This document shows, piece by piece, positions 20,860 to 30,583 of a stretch of DNA of 32,000 nucleotides. This DNA comes from Wolbachia endosymbiont of Onchocerca ochengi (GTDB lineage: Bacteria > Pseudomonadota > Alphaproteobacteria > Rickettsiales > Anaplasmataceae), in assembly GCF_000306885.1 (NCBI RefSeq), contig NC_018267.1, forward strand, positions 270,001 through 302,000. The letters run 5' to 3'. Each line of letters begins with the position of its first letter. Position 1 is the stretch's first letter. Made by a program: the position numbers and the translations under genes. The notes under the pieces are model-generated. The model saw only the letters and a list, made by a program, of their open reading frames with translations. It did no database searches and had not been told where the DNA came from.

Positions 20860-21592
20860 ATATTTAAAGAGTATACGTTCACAGTTCTTCATAAAAAGAA
20901 TTAAAATATCAAATTTTTAATTAAAAATAATTATCAATTATTAATATATATAAAAGTTAAATTACGTTAAATGGTATCAGAAGCTATGACTTATAAAACC
21001 TTAAAGGAGTATCCTGATAATAAAAATAGACCAGTAAATTACGAGCATTTAATAGGTTAACATACTGAAAAGGCAATTGAAAGAAACAATAATTACCTTG
21101 AGGAAAGAAACATTTTTTCCTCGATAGGGAAAAAATAATAAACTTAATATTAAAACCTACTAAAAATATAATGCATGGCGGTAATTCAACATCAAAGAAT
21201 ATCTATGGATACCATGCAATTTCACAATGGATATAAAAAAAGGAAAACAACGCAATATGTCCATATACTAAAAAATCGATAAAAAAGTTTTATCCGCTTA
21301 GAAAAAAGCAAGCCTAAATAATACAACCTAAATTATAGGAGTATCCAATAAAGATTGAGGTAGATTATTAGACAATAATAAAAAAGAATTGATGAAGCAA
21401 AAAACTTTCTCAAATCTATTTGAGCAATTGAGAATAATTATTCTAATCATGCCCAATACCTAAAACCTAAATAATAGCGCTAATGTTAATAGCAAACAGA
21501 GGGGTCTACACCATTGTAAGATACTACCTTTGGCAGAAATGTACTATCTCTTCACAGAGTATCCATATGAATATTAAATAGGGTGAGAAAAA

Positions 21593-21667
21593 ACTGCGTT
21601 GCATTATGCTGCTTTTTCCAATAAGCCTAATATAGTAAAACTTCTTTTCAAAGCAGTAGCTAAATAA
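21593..21667 (+). pseudogene. Ankyrin-repeat remnant
   Basis: ACT GCG TTG CAT TAT GCT GCT ... = TALHYAAFSNKPNIVKLLFKAVAK*, a near-consensus ankyrin unit (TPLHxAAxxGHxxIVKLLLxxGA). In-frame stops lie immediately upstream (Y*IG*EK) and downstream. Confidence 0.6.
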
Positions 21668-21961
21668 TATAAAAGATAATAATAGAACAAAAATTGCTTT
21701 CTCTGCTAAGAATAAGGAAATAATTAGCGCGGCCTGCCAGCTAGATATACCTTTCTATGTTAGAATCAGCTTTTAGCACTTTTTTCAAGCTCTTTACGTA
21801 AAGTGATTTAACGTGCAACTGAGGTTCTGATATACTCCAATAATGTACCAGTAATGGTGTAGATGAAAATTATCCTACCCTTTGAAATACATTTAACCCC
21901 AATTTTGGGTTTACCAAAGAAGATACAGAAAACAGAAATACCTCATCACAGAAACTTTCTT

Positions 21962-22774
21962 CTAATCATGAAGTTCACAATCAGAACAAATCACCTGACC
22001 ACGTGAGACTGATTTTAGCCCACTCGTTAAAACTCGATTTGAGCAGAACATACATTTTATTTTGTCACTCGGAATAAGTGAGCTATTAACAGCAATTCTA
22101 TCATCAAAAACAAAACATTCACCTTCCCAATTATCATTCTTATTATGGGTCTTTTCAAGATAAGAAAGAATACCACCCTTAAGATGGTACACATTGTTAA
22201 ACCCAAGTTCTTTCATATATGCCGTAGATTTTTCACATCTAACTCCACCTGTACAATACATAGCTATTTTCAGATCTTTGTTCTTAAAGAAAGACTTTGC
22301 CCACTGAGGAAACTCACGAAAATATTGAGTATCTGGGTCGATTGCATCTTTAAACTTACCTAATTTTACTTCATACTTATTTCGTGTGTCTATCACTAAG
22401 ACATCAGGTTGAGAGATAAAATCATCCCAATGCTCTGGATCAATATACTTACCTCTAAGAGAAATATCAAGATTACCTATACCGAAGTTTATAATTTCTC
22501 TTTTTAACCTTACTTTCATCTTATTAAACGGTTGAAATTCTGCTGTACTTTCTTTCCACATAAGGTTTTTTAACCTGTAATCAGAACGTAGAAAATCAAA
22601 CATTTTATCAATTGCATTTCTTTCACCAGATATAGTTGCGTTGATACCCTCTTCTGCAAGAAGAATAGTACCCTTTAATTTAAGGTCGCTGCATACAGCT
22701 TTTATTGTATCTTTCATGTCATAGTAATTAGAAAGTTCTACAAAGTGATAAAAAGTTGCAACAACAAAACTCAT
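21962..22774 (-). CDS. trhO: Rhodanese-domain tRNA uridine(34) hydroxylase
   Basis: 270 aa; LLAEEGINATISG, LVIDTRNKYEVKLGKFKDAIDP, active-site MYCTGGVRCEKS, C-terminal Cys-rich CMFCSNR...VICSDCELH. Confidence 0.95.
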   Translation of the reverse strand: MSFVVATFYHFVELSNYYDMKDTIKAVCSDLKLKGTILLAEEGINATISGERNAIDKMFDFLRSDYRLKNLMWKESTAEFQPFNKMKVRLKREIINFGIGNLDISLRGKYIDPEHWDDFISQPDVLVIDTRNKYEVKLGKFKDAIDPDTQYFREFPQWAKSFFKNKDLKIAMYCTGGVRCEKSTAYMKELGFNNVYHLKGGILSYLEKTHNKNDNWEGECFVFDDRIAVNSSLIPSDKIKCMFCSNRVLTSGLKSVSRGQVICSDCELHD

Positions 22775-22886
22775 AACTATTAATCCACAAATTTAAAGCA
22801 TAATATATAAAGTTACAAAAGCATTCAATAGATCTTCTCTGGATATCTTTAGTTTTTGTATATAACATTTTAATATTAAGCGTGAA

Positions 22887-24494
22887 TTGAATTTAATGCC
22901 TTTAAGAATATTTAAAAATATATTCTTATTTCTAGTAAGCATACTATTTATTTGTCCTATATTATCATTAATATCAATCCTACTTACAGAATCAGCAAAT
23001 TCCGTGTGGGTCATCAGTACACTTTTCCCTGAATACATACTAAATACATTAATTTTAATAATAGGAGTTGGAAGTGTATCTTTTATATTTGGAGTAGTGC
23101 CGGCCTGGCTAACTACTTTTTTTTCATTTCCCGGAAGTAGACTTTTTGAAGTTGCTTTATTTTTTCCAACATCAATTCCTGGATATATAGTATCGTTTGT
23201 TTACGTCAATACGCTGGAGTTTTCAGGTCCAATACAAAGTTTGTTAAGAGAAATTTTTCACTGGAACAAAGGCGATTATTGGTTTCCCGAAATTAAATCT
23301 TTAGGTGGTGGGATATTGGTGATGGGATTCAGTTTGTATCCATACGTTTACATACTAGTCCGCTCAAATCTAAAAAATGTTAGCAACTCAGTTACTATTG
23401 CATCAACACTTGGAGTTTCCTCATTACAGAGCCTATTTTCCATCATAATACCCTCTATAAGCCCATCAATTATAGGTGGACTATTTTTAGTATTAATGGA
23501 AGTGATTACAGACTTTGGTACACCACAGTTTCTTGCAATTGACACTTTCACCACAGGAGTATATCGCACTTGGTTTTTATTACATGATAAATATTCAGCA
23601 ACTATTTTAGCAATTGCAGAATTGACCTTCATTATAGTACTAACAACTATTAAAAAAATCCTACAAAAAAGGAGAATATCCTATTCTACAATCAATACTA
23701 ATGCAGACTACCACAATAAGCGAAGTATAAGCGGTACCTTACCATTGATTTTTGCCTACATCATATGTGTACTGCCAATATTAATAGGCTTCATTTTTCC
23801 AATTATTCCACTCATATATTGGAGTATAGAAAATGGATTTCTCATATATGAGTCAAAATTCTATAACATAATAGCAAACAGTTTTAGTTTATCATTTATT
23901 ACTGCACTAATCTCAATTAACATCGCAATAATGATCGGGTATACGGCACGAAAAAATAGGGTAATTAATAGTATCGCACGTCTCATTTCTTTAGGTTATG
24001 CAATTCCAAACGCAATTATTGCGATTAGTATAATAATATTTTTAAGCAAAATATCTTCTTTTGCTACTCAATATATTAAGGAAATTAGTTTAGTAGGAAC
24101 CATTGGCGCTTTAATTTACTCATATTTATTTCGTTTTTTTGCTATATCTTTTAGAGCAATTGAGTCAGGACTCAAAAAAACGCCAAACGAAATTGAGTGG
24201 ACTGCACACGCTATGGGTCATGGACCTATCTCCACATGTTTAAATATTCATATTCCTCTCATCAAAAAAAGTATAATATCAGGATTTTTACTCGTATTCA
24301 TGGATACTATTAAAGAACTCACAGCAACACTCATTATAAGACCATTTAACTTTGAGACTATATCAACTAGAATATTTGAGCTTGTAAGCGATGAACGTTA
24401 CAGAGAAGCTGCCCCATTTTCTTTGATGATAGTTATAATAGGTTTAATCTCTATAATAATTTTGTTTAAGCTTGATGATGAAAACAAAAAATAA
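22887..24494 (+). CDS. Fe(3+)-type ABC transporter permease (two fused BPD_transp_1 domains)
   Basis: 535 aa polytopic; ILGVSSLQSLFSIIIPSISPSIIGG and HAMGHGPISTCLNIHIPLIKKSIISGFLLVFMDTIKELTATLIIRPF resemble duplicated EAA loops of FbpB-like permeases. Confidence 0.9.
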   Translation: MNLMPLRIFKNIFLFLVSILFICPILSLISILLTESANSVWVISTLFPEYILNTLILIIGVGSVSFIFGVVPAWLTTFFSFPGSRLFEVALFFPTSIPGYIVSFVYVNTLEFSGPIQSLLREIFHWNKGDYWFPEIKSLGGGILVMGFSLYPYVYILVRSNLKNVSNSVTIASTLGVSSLQSLFSIIIPSISPSIIGGLFLVLMEVITDFGTPQFLAIDTFTTGVYRTWFLLHDKYSATILAIAELTFIIVLTTIKKILQKRRISYSTINTNADYHNKRSISGTLPLIFAYIICVLPILIGFIFPIIPLIYWSIENGFLIYESKFYNIIANSFSLSFITALISINIAIMIGYTARKNRVINSIARLISLGYAIPNAIIAISIIIFLSKISSFATQYIKEISLVGTIGALIYSYLFRFFAISFRAIESGLKKTPNEIEWTAHAMGHGPISTCLNIHIPLIKKSIISGFLLVFMDTIKELTATLIIRPFNFETISTRIFELVSDERYREAAPFSLMIVIIGLISIIILFKLDDENKK

Positions 24495-24520
24495 AACTTT
24501 TTGCAGAAATTAATAGCCAC

Positions 24521-24925
24521 TTAATGTGGTCTAGTATTTATATATGGGCTATCCAAAGAAAAAGGTGGTATAATAACCTCAAAAGTTTTTGTGCTTTCTT
24601 CATTTAGAAACTCATACTTACCCTGCATTATTCCAGATGGTGCATTTAGATACGTTCCGCTTGTGTACTTAAATACTTCTCCAGGTTTAATCACAGGCTG
24701 CTCTCCAATAACACCAACACCTGCAATTTCATTCACCTTTCCTTTATAATCTATTATTTGCCAATGGCGGCTTAGCAATTGAATAGCTGATGATCCTTTA
24801 TTTTTTATCTTAACATTATACATCCACACATAGCAGTTTTCATAAGGGATCGATTGTTCCTCAATATAAACTGGTAGAACTGTCACTTCAACAGAATTAG
24901 TAGTAAGCGTATATTCTAGAGTCAT
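24521..24925 (-). CDS. apaG: ApaG-domain protein (Co2+/Mg2+ efflux protein ApaG family)
   Basis: 134 aa; [66 protein letters not shown]. Confidence 0.95.
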   Translation of the reverse strand: MTLEYTLTTNSVEVTVLPVYIEEQSIPYENCYVWMYNVKIKNKGSSAIQLLSRHWQIIDYKGKVNEIAGVGVIGEQPVIKPGEVFKYTSGTYLNAPSGIMQGKYEFLNEESTKTFEVIIPPFSLDSPYINTRPH

Positions 24926-25021
24926 TATTGCAATAGAGAAAACAATACTTTAGTTGTACACTATTCTCATGGATTCTTCAAGCATATTGTCGTATTCTAA
25001 TTAGCAGTATAATATGAACAG

Positions 25022-26083
25022 ATGCTTAGCAAAAGGATGATAGGAATAATAGGTAGTGGACAGCTAGGTAAAATGATTGCTATCGCTGCAACAAAGCTTG
25101 GACAAAAAATACATATTTTTGCCAATGCTAAGGATGATCCAGCCTGCTTTGTTGCTAATAACTTAACGGTAGCAAGCTTATCCAACAAAAAGGCGCTTGA
25201 ATCTTTTGCACGTAATGTAGATTTAGTTACTATTGAATCTGAAAATATTCCATGTGATGCAGTTGATATTATATCTCAATATGTAAAGTTTTATCCTAGT
25301 AAAAAAGCACTATATATTTCACAAAACAGACTTAGAGAAAAAGACTTTATTAGAGATTTAGGTATAAAAACTGCTGATTATAAAAGCATACAAAATTATG
25401 ATGAGATGTTAGAAAGCAGAAGCACTTTTGCCTATCCAATAAGGATAAAAACGACAGAAATGGGTTATGACGGAAAAGGACAATTTGTAATCAAAAACGA
25501 CTCTGAAGTAAAGCAATTTGCTTCTTTTGATTGGAAGAAACAATATATTTTTGAAGCAAGTATTGACTTAATAAAAGAGGTTTCAATAGTCATTGCGAGA
25601 GATAGAAAAGGTAAAATGGCTCTTTTCCCTATAGCAGAGAATCATCATGTTAATGGGATACTCGATACTTCAATTGTACCAGCTAAAATAGACAACAAGT
25701 TAACTCAAGAGGTACAACAAGTCGCAAGAAAAATAGCACATGCACTTGATATAATAGGAATTCTAGCTATTGAATTTTTCATTACCAAAAATAATGAGCT
25801 GCTAGTTAACGAACTTGCTCCAAGGCCTCATAATTCTTGCCACTGGAGCTTAGATGCATGTAACATTAGTCAGTTTGAGCAGCTAGTCAGAGTGATATGC
25901 GGATTGCCTATGCAAGAAATAGTATTGCGCTTTCCTTGCATGACAAAAAACATAATAGGTAATAATATATACTATTCTAATAGGTATTTGAGCGATAAAA
26001 AAGCTAGTTTAACCATATACGGGAAAAAAGAGGTTAGAGATAAGCGTAAAATGGGACATGTTAATATAGATTTAAGTTATTAA
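25022..26083 (+). CDS. purK: 5-(carboxyamino)imidazole ribonucleotide synthase
   Basis: 353 aa; IGIIGSGQLGKMIAIAATKLG, TIESENIPCDAVDI, EMGYDGKGQFVI, ELAPRPHNSCHWSLDAC. Confidence 0.95.
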   Translation: MLSKRMIGIIGSGQLGKMIAIAATKLGQKIHIFANAKDDPACFVANNLTVASLSNKKALESFARNVDLVTIESENIPCDAVDIISQYVKFYPSKKALYISQNRLREKDFIRDLGIKTADYKSIQNYDEMLESRSTFAYPIRIKTTEMGYDGKGQFVIKNDSEVKQFASFDWKKQYIFEASIDLIKEVSIVIARDRKGKMALFPIAENHHVNGILDTSIVPAKIDNKLTQEVQQVARKIAHALDIIGILAIEFFITKNNELLVNELAPRPHNSCHWSLDACNISQFEQLVRVICGLPMQEIVLRFPCMTKNIIGNNIYYSNRYLSDKKASLTIYGKKEVRDKRKMGHVNIDLSY

Positions 26084-26084
26084 T

Positions 26085-27113
26085 TTATAAGTATTCCTTA
26101 GTTAAAATCTCTAGAATCTGCACTATATTTAGTGCTGCACCTTTGCGCAAGTTGTCAGCTACTATCCACATATTTAATCCATGTCTGACAGTGTTGTCTT
26201 GCCTAATACGTGATATGTATACTGCATCTTCCTGTACTACATCAATTTGAGTTGTATATTCGCCATCTTCACGCCTATCGTGCACTAAAATTCCATTATT
26301 CTCAGCCTTACTGAGTATTTCACGAGCTTGCTCCTCAGTTATGTGTTGATTAAACTCAACATGTGCTGCTATAGCATGACCAATAAAAACAGGCACCCTG
26401 ACGCAAGTTGCAGTTACTTTTATATCTTCACCTAAAATTTTTTTTGTCTCCTCTTGCATTTTCCATTCCTCTTTTGTAGAACCATTTTTCATAAACTCTC
26501 CTATTTGAGGAATGCAATTAAATGCTATCTGCTTAGGAAATATCTCGGGTTTTTTAGTTTCGTTCATGAATATTTTTTTTGTCTGATTATAAAGTTCATC
26601 CATTGCTGCCTTACCTGCACCAGAAGTTGATTGATAAGTTGAAGCAACAATCCTTTTTATTTTTGCTTTTTGGTGTAATAGATGTAATACTAACAGCATC
26701 TGTATTACAGTACAATTTGGATTAGATATTATGTTGTGATTTTTATATTCTGCGATTTTTTCCTTATTAACCTCCGGAATGATCAGTGGTATGCCTTCCT
26801 TCATTCTAAAGTGAGAGCCGTTATCTATTACAATGCACCCTGCCTTTGTTGCAACTGGTACGTACTTTTCAGAAACATAATATCCAGCGCAAAAAATAGC
26901 TACATTAACCCCAACAAAGTCATAGCCTTCAAGGCATGAAACAGTCAATTCTTCATCACAAAAACTTACCTTTTTTCCTTCTGATTTTTTAGACGCAAAT
27001 GCAATAATAAAATCTATTGAAAATTTTTTTTTGTCCTGAAACTCAGCTAGTATACTTAGTACCTCACGTCCTACTCTTCCGGTTGCTCCAACAACAGCAA
27101 TCTTATGTTTCAT
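26085..27113 (-). CDS. asd: Aspartate-semialdehyde dehydrogenase
   Basis: 342 aa; IAVVGATGRVGREVL, HNIISNPNCTVIQMLLVLHLL (catalytic Cys), YQSTSGAGKAAMDEL, CVRVPVFIGHAIAAHVEF. Confidence 0.97.
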   Translation of the reverse strand: MKHKIAVVGATGRVGREVLSILAEFQDKKKFSIDFIIAFASKKSEGKKVSFCDEELTVSCLEGYDFVGVNVAIFCAGYYVSEKYVPVATKAGCIVIDNGSHFRMKEGIPLIIPEVNKEKIAEYKNHNIISNPNCTVIQMLLVLHLLHQKAKIKRIVASTYQSTSGAGKAAMDELYNQTKKIFMNETKKPEIFPKQIAFNCIPQIGEFMKNGSTKEEWKMQEETKKILGEDIKVTATCVRVPVFIGHAIAAHVEFNQHITEEQAREILSKAENNGILVHDRREDGEYTTQIDVVQEDAVYISRIRQDNTVRHGLNMWIVADNLRKGAALNIVQILEILTKEYL

Positions 27114-27253
27114 ACAGATAAACCTCTAACTTTAAATGCATATTACATTCTTACTAATAAAGTTTACAATTATTTTAATATCTTTACCTTGAAACTAACT
27201 ATAACTTAGTTATTATTACACAATATTAATAATATTACACAATAAAGCGAGAG

Positions 27254-27640
27254 ATGAATAAAGGATATAATGAAACTAAGGTAAAATCTATATCAGCTAT
27301 ACCTCAAAAAACTAAAAAAATTAATGAATCAAGAATCCAAAACGCTCTTTTGCAAAAAAAATATAAGACAAATTTTAACGATAGAAAGTATGCTATAAAA
27401 ATTATTAAAACACAGCTTGCAAAAATAGAACAACAACCTTCAAAACCAAGAGGCTTCTCAAAATCAATACCAGTAATAAGAAAGTTTTTAGCAAAAATTT
27501 CTACACCTAAAAGAAAAATATACAAACTAAGATTACAAACAGATCACTTCAGTAAAGCAAAAAATGAGACTCACATAAATAATAAATACATAGAAGAAGT
27601 AGGCAGAGCAAGCTTAAGAAGAGTAATGCCAAACAAGTGA
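27254..27640 (+). CDS. Small Lys/Arg-rich hypothetical protein
   Basis: 128 aa intact ORF, strongly basic and repeat-free; no family recognised. Confidence 0.55.
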   Translation: MNKGYNETKVKSISAIPQKTKKINESRIQNALLQKKYKTNFNDRKYAIKIIKTQLAKIEQQPSKPRGFSKSIPVIRKFLAKISTPKRKIYKLRLQTDHFSKAKNETHINNKYIEEVGRASLRRVMPNK

Positions 27641-27680
27641 ACAAAGAAGAAAAAAACATGAATATCGATCATTTAAAGTT

Positions 27681-28985
27681 CTAGCTATCAAATTGTACAG
27701 AAACTTTACGATACCAAAATAAGTAAAGAGGTATACCACTTACAGTAAATAAGCTTGAGATTAGCAAAGTGTTCACAGGAGTCTCATGTATCACCCAACA
27801 ACAAAAAGTTGTTGCTACGATGCCGATTAAAAGTTTGTAATAATTTCTTTTCTCTATAATAATCTTTAGAAAAGCAAGGCTGCATGTAAGGTAAACAAGT
27901 AAAAACGAAACTACAGAAAAATCAATAATTGATGTAATTTGCTTAGCAAAATCGTTGCTTGAAGTAAGAATTAGCAAAATTGCAGTTCCAACTGAGCTAA
28001 TTATTACTGCCAAAAAAGGAGAACCATGCTTATTCTTTTTAGCAAAAAATTGTGGCATAAGTTTATCTTCTGCAAGACCAAAAGCAACTTGTCCACTGGA
28101 TAAAACCCATGCGTTTAAACTACCGACACAGAAAATAAATGCAATTATAGAAATAATCAAATGCCAATTACCAGAAAACATAATTTTTATTGCATCAGCA
28201 TACGGCGCTTTTGAATTTGCTAAATCATTGCCATTAATTAATCCCATAATTGTAAAACAATTAATAAAATATATAATAGCAACACAGATTGTACCAAGTA
28301 CTACAGCTTTTGGTATGGTTTTAGCTGGATTATCTACTGATCCTGCAGGTGCTGTTGCCAATTCAACTCCAATAAAACACCATAAAGTCAGAAGTGTAGA
28401 ACGTGCAAGAATTTGTGATATCGTAAGATTTGAGATTTTTTCACTTATTATAAAGTTGTTTCTATCGAAAAAAAATAACGCTGCCACAGGTATTACAAGC
28501 AACACAGAAACTTTTATAACTGTAATCAGAAGCTCAACACATCCAGCAGTAGTTATTTCCCTTAAATTCACTAACGTAATAATTGCGAGCAATAGCAACT
28601 CTAAAAGCAAACGTATATTTTGAATATCCTTATAAAAAAGTGGTGTAAGATAACCGACACCTACAATCACTAGAGCTGTTGTACTAACCCAGGAGATTAA
28701 CCAATAAGTCCAACCAACAAAAAAGGCTACTGTGGGACCAAAAGCATGTTTTACATAAACGTGAGGACCTCCAGTCTCTGGAAACTTTGTACATAGTGTA
28801 GCAAATACTAAAGCGAGAGACACAGCACCAGCTCCTGATATTAGCCAACTTATGAGGCTATAAATACCGTATGGTGCAATGCTAATCGGAAGCATAAAAA
28901 CTCCAGAGCCAATCTGACTACTAATAACTAAAGCAAAAACAGTTAAGAAACCTATTTTATTTGACACAATGCTCCTTGATTCCAT
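27681..28985 (-). CDS. APC-superfamily amino-acid permease/antiporter (arginine/agmatine antiporter-like), copy A
   Basis: 434 aa polytopic; SSQIGSGVFMLPISIAPYG, KFPETGGPHVYVKHAFGPTVAFFVGWTYWLISW, LTLWCFIGVELATAPAGSVDNPAKTIPKAVVLGT. Confidence 0.88.
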   Translation of the reverse strand: MESRSIVSNKIGFLTVFALVISSQIGSGVFMLPISIAPYGIYSLISWLISGAGAVSLALVFATLCTKFPETGGPHVYVKHAFGPTVAFFVGWTYWLISWVSTTALVIVGVGYLTPLFYKDIQNIRLLLELLLLAIITLVNLREITTAGCVELLITVIKVSVLLVIPVAALFFFDRNNFIISEKISNLTISQILARSTLLTLWCFIGVELATAPAGSVDNPAKTIPKAVVLGTICVAIIYFINCFTIMGLINGNDLANSKAPYADAIKIMFSGNWHLIISIIAFIFCVGSLNAWVLSSGQVAFGLAEDKLMPQFFAKKNKHGSPFLAVIISSVGTAILLILTSSNDFAKQITSIIDFSVVSFLLVYLTCSLAFLKIIIEKRNYYKLLIGIVATTFCCWVIHETPVNTLLISSLFTVSGIPLYLFWYRKVSVQFDS

Positions 28986-28994
28986 TAAAAATGG

Positions 28995-30419
28995 TCACCT
29001 TATAGACTTGCGGTACCAAAATAAATAAATAAGTGTGCCACTTAAGGGGAATAAATTTGACATTAACAATGTACTGATAGGAATTTCATATATTATCCAA
29101 CAACAAAAAAGTATAGTCACGCTTCCAATCAGTAACTTGTAATATATTTTCTCTTGCATAGCAATCTTAAGAAAGGCAAAACTAGATACCAAGTAGATAA
29201 ATAAGAACGAAACCATAGAGATATTAATCATTGAAGTTACTTGCTCAGCAAAATTTTTGTTTGATGTTAGAACAAGCAAAACTAGCACTCCTAAAGTACT
29301 AAGTATTATTCCATAAAAAGGAGCATTGTACTTATTTCTTTTAGCAAAGAGCTTTGGCATTAACTTATCTTTTGCAAGACCTAAGGTAACTTGTCCATCA
29401 GTCAAGAACGAAGTATTTAAGTTACTTACAGAAACAATAAAAGCAACAACAGAAGCTATTACATGCCAATTACCTGGAAACATAATTTTTACTGCATCAA
29501 CATATGGTGCCCTTGAATCAGCTAGTTCACTACCACTTATTAGTCCCATAATTGCAAAATTATTAATAAAATATATAATAGCAACACAGATTGTACCAAG
29601 TACTATGGCTCTTGGTATTGTCTTAGCTGGATTATCAACAGATCCTGCAGATGCTGTTGCTGATTCAAGTCCAATGAAACACCAGAGAGCAAGAAGTGTA
29701 GAATGAGCAAGAATCTGCGATGTTGTAAAATTTGATACCTCCTCACTTATTATAAAGTTATTTCTATCAAAAAAAAACAACGCTACCACAGGTATTACAA
29801 GCAGCACAACAATTTTAATGACGGTTAATAAAAGTTCAACACGCCCAACAGTATTTACCCCTCTCAAGTTTATTAGCATAATAGCTAAAACTAATGCCAT
29901 CTCTAAAAGCAAACGTATATTTTGTATATTATCATGAAAAAGAGGAGCTAGATAACCGACACTTGCAATTGTTACAGCTGTTGAACTAATCCATGAGCTT
30001 ATCCAATACGTCCAACCAACAAAAAAAGCCACTGTAGAACCAAAGGCATGTTTTACATAAACATGAGGACCACCAGTTCTTGGAAATTTTGCACAGAGCA
30101 AAGCAAAAACCAAAGCAAGAGATATAGCGCCAAATCCCGATATTATCGAGCTTATAGGACTATACATGCCATATGGAGCTAGGCTAATTGGAAGCATGAA
30201 AATTCCCGAGCCAATTTGACTACTGACAACTAAGGCAAAGATAGCCAAAAAACCCATTTTATCTGACACAATGTTTTCTGATTTTAGTAAATAGATTAAC
30301 AATTTCTGCCGTCCGCGCAAGTCATTCTGTTGCTCAGTAGCTGGTTCATGTTTATGCTTTTCTATTAAATAATCAAACTCAGCAAAAAATTTATTTGCAA
30401 GCAGTGTAAAAGTGCACAC
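28995..30419 (-). CDS. APC-superfamily amino-acid permease/antiporter, copy B (tandem paralogue); start probably overextended
   Basis: 474 aa as called. Aligns throughout with copy A (SSQIGSGIFMLPISLAPYGMYSPISS..., WCFIGLESATASAGSVDNPAKTIPRAIVLGT). The copy A match begins at about NIVSDKMGFLAIFALV, so the first ~48-54 codons may be untranslated. Confidence 0.85.
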   Translation of the reverse strand: MCTFTLLANKFFAEFDYLIEKHKHEPATEQQNDLRGRQKLLIYLLKSENIVSDKMGFLAIFALVVSSQIGSGIFMLPISLAPYGMYSPISSIISGFGAISLALVFALLCAKFPRTGGPHVYVKHAFGSTVAFFVGWTYWISSWISSTAVTIASVGYLAPLFHDNIQNIRLLLEMALVLAIMLINLRGVNTVGRVELLLTVIKIVVLLVIPVVALFFFDRNNFIISEEVSNFTTSQILAHSTLLALWCFIGLESATASAGSVDNPAKTIPRAIVLGTICVAIIYFINNFAIMGLISGSELADSRAPYVDAVKIMFPGNWHVIASVVAFIVSVSNLNTSFLTDGQVTLGLAKDKLMPKLFAKRNKYNAPFYGIILSTLGVLVLLVLTSNKNFAEQVTSMINISMVSFLFIYLVSSFAFLKIAMQEKIYYKLLIGSVTILFCCWIIYEIPISTLLMSNLFPLSGTLIYLFWYRKSIR

Positions 30420-30583
30420 TTAATTTCATCTTCATGTAGGAAATCTTATTGTTTAGGATTCTAGATACTCAACTTTTGCTCTTCAGCTGAGAACCACCTG
30501 ACTATCAATAACTTTTACACTTATCACAATAATCAGAGTTTAGTAAGCAAGATGTACTTTACATTAAATCTAATATTTTAAAC

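Noticed and set aside
21720-21900. Minus-strand KCISKGRIIFIYTITGTLLEYIRTSVAR*ITLRKELEKSAKS considered as a ribosomal-protein-like fragment
   Set aside because: Similarity too vague; no diagnostic residues, so no family assigned.
22793-23038. Small minus ORF overlapping the start of the ABC permease
   Set aside because: No motif and mostly antisense to the permease N-terminus.
27955-28623. 222-codon plus ORF antisense to permease copy A (and 29326-29706 antisense to copy B)
   Set aside because: The two antisense ORFs resemble each other only because the underlying permeases are paralogous; not evidence of a conserved overlapping gene.
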